A stretch of DNA of 64,000 nucleotides, taken from the human T2T-CHM13v2.0 reference genome, Homo sapiens. Below are positions 58,480 to 64,000 of this stretch, piece after piece. The DNA lies in the NCBI RefSeq assembly GCF_009914755.1, contig NC_060931.1. One strand, written 5' to 3'. A program made the position numbers and the translations under genes. How positions within the stretch are numbered: position 1 is the stretch's first letter; each line of letters opens with the position of its first letter. The notes below the pieces were generated by a model that saw only the letters and a program-made list of their open reading frames with translations, ran no database searches and had not been told where the DNA came from.

Positions 58480-58900
58480 AGCGATCATTTAAAACAGAAA
58501 CAGATTATACATACTGTTCAAAACCCTCTAATAGCATCACATAATATCCAAAATAAAATCTGAATTCCTTGTCATGGCTAAGTTCTACATGACTGGGTTC
58601 TTTTCTATGTGATCAAAGGCATTCCCTACCTTTCCTCACATCGGTGATCACGCTTCACCCAAAATGGCTCCTTTAGTTCCCTGAATCTATCAAATTCTCT
58701 CCTGTCTCAGGGCCTTTACACCAGCTATTCCTTCCACTGGAGAGCCTTCCCTCAGATATACCTATGCTTCAATCCTCAACATTCAGGTTTCTGCTCAAAT
58801 GTCACTTTCTCAAATGTTCCCTCTATACTCTCTGAAATGGCGTTCCTGCTTTCACCTCCATAACCTTACTCTGGTGTTTATTTATCATCTAAACTCACTG
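58480..58900 (+). mobile_element. L2 LINE fragment
   Basis: ttcaaaaccctctaatagc...aaataaaatctgaattcctt...tctcagggcctttacaccagctattcc...ctgctcaaatgtcact. Confidence 0.75.
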
Positions 58901-58924
58901 TTCAACCATCCTAAGATGCTCATG

Positions 58925-59380
58925 GTGATAGACATTATCAGTGTTCCTCTGGGATCCCCTTGGGACTCATCCTTCTGGGAACAGTGATGGCTTCCTTCTC
59001 TGTAAGTATCTGTGACTCTTTACTCATCAGGTTTTCCTGGAGTGCTCAGCCTAGGTGCGAGGATAGGCCTGAAGAACTAGGAGCTGACACATTGGCTGAG
59101 TTGATGTCTCAGTCAATGACCAATGGCAGTTTGTATATAAATATCCCAGCTGCCTTAACCACTTGGGTGGGACAATATTGAGACACATTCTAAACCACCT
59201 CCCGAAGCTTGCAGTAGGATTGGTTACCAGTTGCCCACAGTGGTTACCTTTCATTATTTTGCCCTGACTGTCTTTCTTTATTTTTTGTCTCACATACCCA
59301 CTCCCCTGTTGGTGCCTCCAAAAAAAATTACTTGCACTCAAATGCTCATCTCAGAGTTTGTTTTGGGGATAATCCACCTT
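58925..59380 (+). mobile_element. ERVL LTR16-like solo LTR
   Basis: cagtcaatgaccaatgg...tataaatatcccagct...gggtgggacaat...ccagttgcccacagtggt...ttacttgcactcaaatgctcatctcagagtttg. Confidence 0.7.
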
Positions 59381-59689
59381 AACTTATTGTTTTTCTTTTT
59401 TTTCTTCTTCTTTCTTTCCTTCTATCTTTTTAAATGATTTAACATATTTGAAATCAGAATCAATTTCCAGTAGACAGCTTGTCATAATTTAGTTGGCAGC
59501 ATCTTTCTTTTCATGATCTTACATAAATTTGGGTACTTGTTGATTGGGATCCCCAATAGTATATATGTTATATACACAAGTTTGTCTGTTTCATTCTTAA
59601 TTCTTGGGAATGTCCCTCATATGCTGAACAGAGCCTAGCACAGAATAGTTGCTTTATAAAAATATTTGATTGAATGTGGAATTGAGGGG

Positions 59690-60022
59690 TGCTACGATTT
59701 GAATATGTTCCCCAAAGTTCATGTGTTGGAACCTAATCCCCAATGCAACACTGCTGACAAGTGGGACCTTAAAGAGCTAATTATGTGACTAGATTAGTGA
59801 TATTATCTTGGGAGTGGGATTCTGATAAAGGGATGAGTTTGGCCCCCCTCCTCTCTCTTGCCCTTCTGCCTTCTGCCAGGGGATAACACAGAAAGAAGGC
59901 CTTTACCAGATGCAGGCCCCTTGACCTTGGACTTCCTAGGCTCCAAACCTGTAAGTCTTTGTTCTTTATAAATTACCCAGTCTCAGGTATTCTATTATAG
60001 CAACACAAAATGGTCTAAGAAA
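59690..60022 (+). mobile_element. MaLR solo LTR (MST-type)
   Basis: tgctacgatttgaatatgttccccaaagttcatgtgttggaa...ataaattacccagtctcaggtattctattatagcaacacaaaatggtctaaga. Confidence 0.87.
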
Positions 60023-61389
60023 AGGTGATAGTATCACCTCCCTTCAACAGCCACAACTTACTCCCCAGAGACATGGGTCATGGAGGTCCCTTACAGAACA
60101 GACTAGCTTCATCACCAAACTCTGGAGGGCCAGGAGGCAACACTGGTAGATGCAAGAAGCAACAGCACTATTGGACTGATTGGATCAGGGCTCTCTCCAC
60201 TGAGTATAAGATTTGGGATAGGCTTTGGGATTGGAGAACCTAAAATGTCATATTTATTTCACTGTCTTTTTGACAACTCAGGAGAAGGAGGGCTGAACCC
60301 ATGGAGGGAGATACTGGACTTACTGCTAAGATGACAGCCTTAAATAATTAACTAGAGATTTATTAAGATGAAACAAGAATTGTAACTCATGATTGTAGAG
60401 CAGGTCATATTGACCACTTTTTTTTTTTTAAGTAAGCTGGCTAAGGATATTTTTGAAACATGATGAAATACACATTTAACAAAAGAAAATATTTGTCTTT
60501 TTGCATTTCCAGTGCAAACACTACAGTGCAATTATGTTGTTTGTACAGACCCATTAGTCATCCATAGCAAGGCTACTAAAAGACAATCTCACAGAATGCA
60601 GAGACATCTGTGCTGTTGCCCTGAGAGTGCCTTAGGGCCTTGGGGACCCCTCTCAAAGCAGAGATGAAAAGACCACTCACTCCCTGACTGCAGAGTCCTT
60701 AATGCCTGAGTAGCACTAACAACAAAGCCACCATTATACAAAGTATTATTATTATTTTAAGAATATTCCTTCCTCTAAGAATTGACCTGAGATGACTTAT
60801 TTCTACACAGCTCATCAAAAGCTTACAAATTTAGGTTGCCAGTCAAAATTGTGTATTTTGCTAACTTGGAATGCAAGATATTGCATCCTATTGGCAAGTC
60901 CCTGGAGTCCACCAGTCCATTAAAATAATGAGGGTTGTAATGTTTCCCCAGCAATATTAAGAGCATCTTAATTACTTAATCTCCAGTGAGTGGCATACAC
61001 ATAATTTTTATGCATAATCTAATCAAAGAGCTACTGAACAGTGTTCTGTGTTTAAGTCAAAGAACATTTTCCTTCAAAAGTGAGATTTGGTTGGCCAATA
61101 TCAGAACTACTAAAGAAAGTAAATACGGAGTATCAGGTCTGCCTGGATGCTGGAAAGGTTGCTCTGCCTGTGTTTTTGTAAATTGATTTACAATTCTATG
61201 GAGGAAAAAGATTTTTTCAAATAACATTCTTGGGAATTGCTATAAAAAATAACCACATACAGAAATGTTTTTTACTTATTTTGTAAAATTGTTACGACAA
61301 TGTTTTACTTGACAAATATCAACAGAATAATGGTGGTTAATTTTTCCTGAAAATCAACTTTCATTCCCACTTGGGGGAAAAAAATCTGT

Positions 61390-62435
61390 TCCTTCCTTAA
61401 ACATCCTCATTTCAGTCAATAGCATGACCCAGTTGTTTGAACCATAAAGCTAAGAGTCCTGAATTGTTCTCTTTTCCCCAAACCATTTATCTACAGTAGC
61501 CACAAATAGCTATAAAATATAAGTTTAAAAAAACCCTAACACTCACCAATACCTCTAATTCATCAGTAAATCTCATTGATTATGCCTCAAAATATATTCC
61601 AAACCTATTCATTTCTCTCTAAGCCTGCATGCCACTTTACACCAAGCCACTATTTTTTTCCCACACATGTATTTTTTTAAATTATACGAGTGACATGTGC
61701 TCATTGTAAAAAAAAAAAAAAAATCCAAACATTACAGAAATACCTCTCTTCCCATGGCCAACCCTGATCATACTTCTCAGAGATAATTCTTCTTGTTTCT
61801 TGTCTTGAACATCATAACAACCTCCTAGCTGCTTCCAGTGCTGTGTTGGCCTTCTGTATCCTTTTCTACACTGAGCACCAGAATGATGTCTTTAAAATAT
61901 AAACCAGGTTATGCCACTTCCATTTTAGAATCCTAAATCCTGTCACTGATGTATTTTTCTTCTTCTTTCTTCTTTCTTCCTTCTTTCTTCTTCTTTCCTT
62001 TTTTAATTATTTTTATTTTTATTTTGAGACAGGGTCTCACTCTGTCACCCAGGCTGGAATGCAGTGGTGTGATTGTGATCCTCCCACCTTAGACTCCTGG
62101 AGTAGTTAGAGCTACAGGCATGTGCCACCACACCCAGATAATTTTTAAATTTTTTTTAGAGAGACGGGCTCTCATTATGTTGCCTAGGCTGGTCTTGAAC
62201 TCCTGGGCTCAAGCAATCTTCCCGCTTCAACCTTCTGAAGTGCAGGGATTACAGGCATGAACCACTGCACCTGGCCTTCCATTTTCTTCTGTATGATTTA
62301 TTGTCTGTTCCTTGCTACTAGAATAAAGTCTTCATGAAAAGAAAGACCTCTTCTTATTTTATGCTATGTCCCCAGCTCTTAGAACACATGGCAGGTGTAC
62401 AATTATTTGTTGAAAGAATAAATGAATACATGAAT
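61390..62435 (+). mobile_element. Fragmented L2 LINE interrupted by an AluJ
   Basis: cctcaaaatatattcc...ataacaacctcctagct...tatgtccccagctcttagaacacatggca...tatttgttgaaagaataaatgaa. Confidence 0.65.
62000..62276 (-). mobile_element. AluJ (internal deletion), adjacent to a CT-rich tract
   Basis: gagacagggtctcactctgtcacccaggctgg...gaactcctgggctcaagcaatc. Confidence 0.88.
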
Positions 62436-62439
62436 GAGT

Positions 62440-62590
62440 TTTCCACCATGTGCTAGGCATTGTGCAAAGCACTTTACAAGCAATGTTGCTTTTGATCTCT
62501 AGCAACTTCATGAGACCAGGACCATTATAATCTCCATTGCACAGAGGAACATTGGGTTCATACACTAGTAAGTGGTAAGTACAACCACTC
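62440..62590 (-). mobile_element. MIR fragment
   Basis: catgtgctaggcattgtgcaaagcactttaca...ctccattgcacagaggaac...actagtaagtgg. Confidence 0.65.
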
Positions 62591-62799
62591 CACATGAGTC
62601 CAAGTGTGATGTTGGATTGGTCGTTTAATGTTTTAAAGTTTTAGTTTTCTCTCTCTAGTTATCACATACATGTCCTTCCCAATTTCTTATATAAATCAGA
62701 GAATCCTTGAAAATAAATCACAGAATCATCCAGCCACCAGTTACCTTAGCCCTTAAGTCTAGCTCCCAATTCCACTATATATGAATTATCCAACAAGGA

Positions 62800-63900
<1,101 letters not shown>

Positions 63901-64000
63901 GATTAAGAAAAGGTCTGAAAGAACAGATGTGAAATTGAGAATACTTGTTATCCCTGGTGAGGAGCATAAGTTTAAAGAAGACGTGGGCAACAGAAGTGAA

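Overview
Eukaryotic (human/primate) genomic DNA: AT-rich, CpG-depleted and dense in Alu, MIR, L2, L1, MaLR/ERVL LTR and hAT repeats. I find no intact protein-coding sequence. The ORF track is chance, Alu-derived or decayed retroviral ORFs. A 67-nt minus-strand exon at 21317-21383 matches my recollection of a 5'-UTR exon of NRCAM, so the window is probably intronic NRCAM (gene on the - strand); this is from memory, not a search. The dominant element is a ~7.2-kb HERV-W (HERV17/LTR17) copy on the + strand (45936-53143). It has the R-U5...U3-R-poly(A) structure of an L1-made processed pseudogene, a dead gag-pro-pol, and a two-step deletion of integrase/env. It abuts an Alu tail, and one 18-bp direct repeat brackets Alu plus HERV-W together. 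Other leads: a chain of + strand splice-competent segments (possible antisense lncRNA), a uORF inside the 67-nt exon, close inverted Alu pairs and a palindromic nuclear-receptor-like site.
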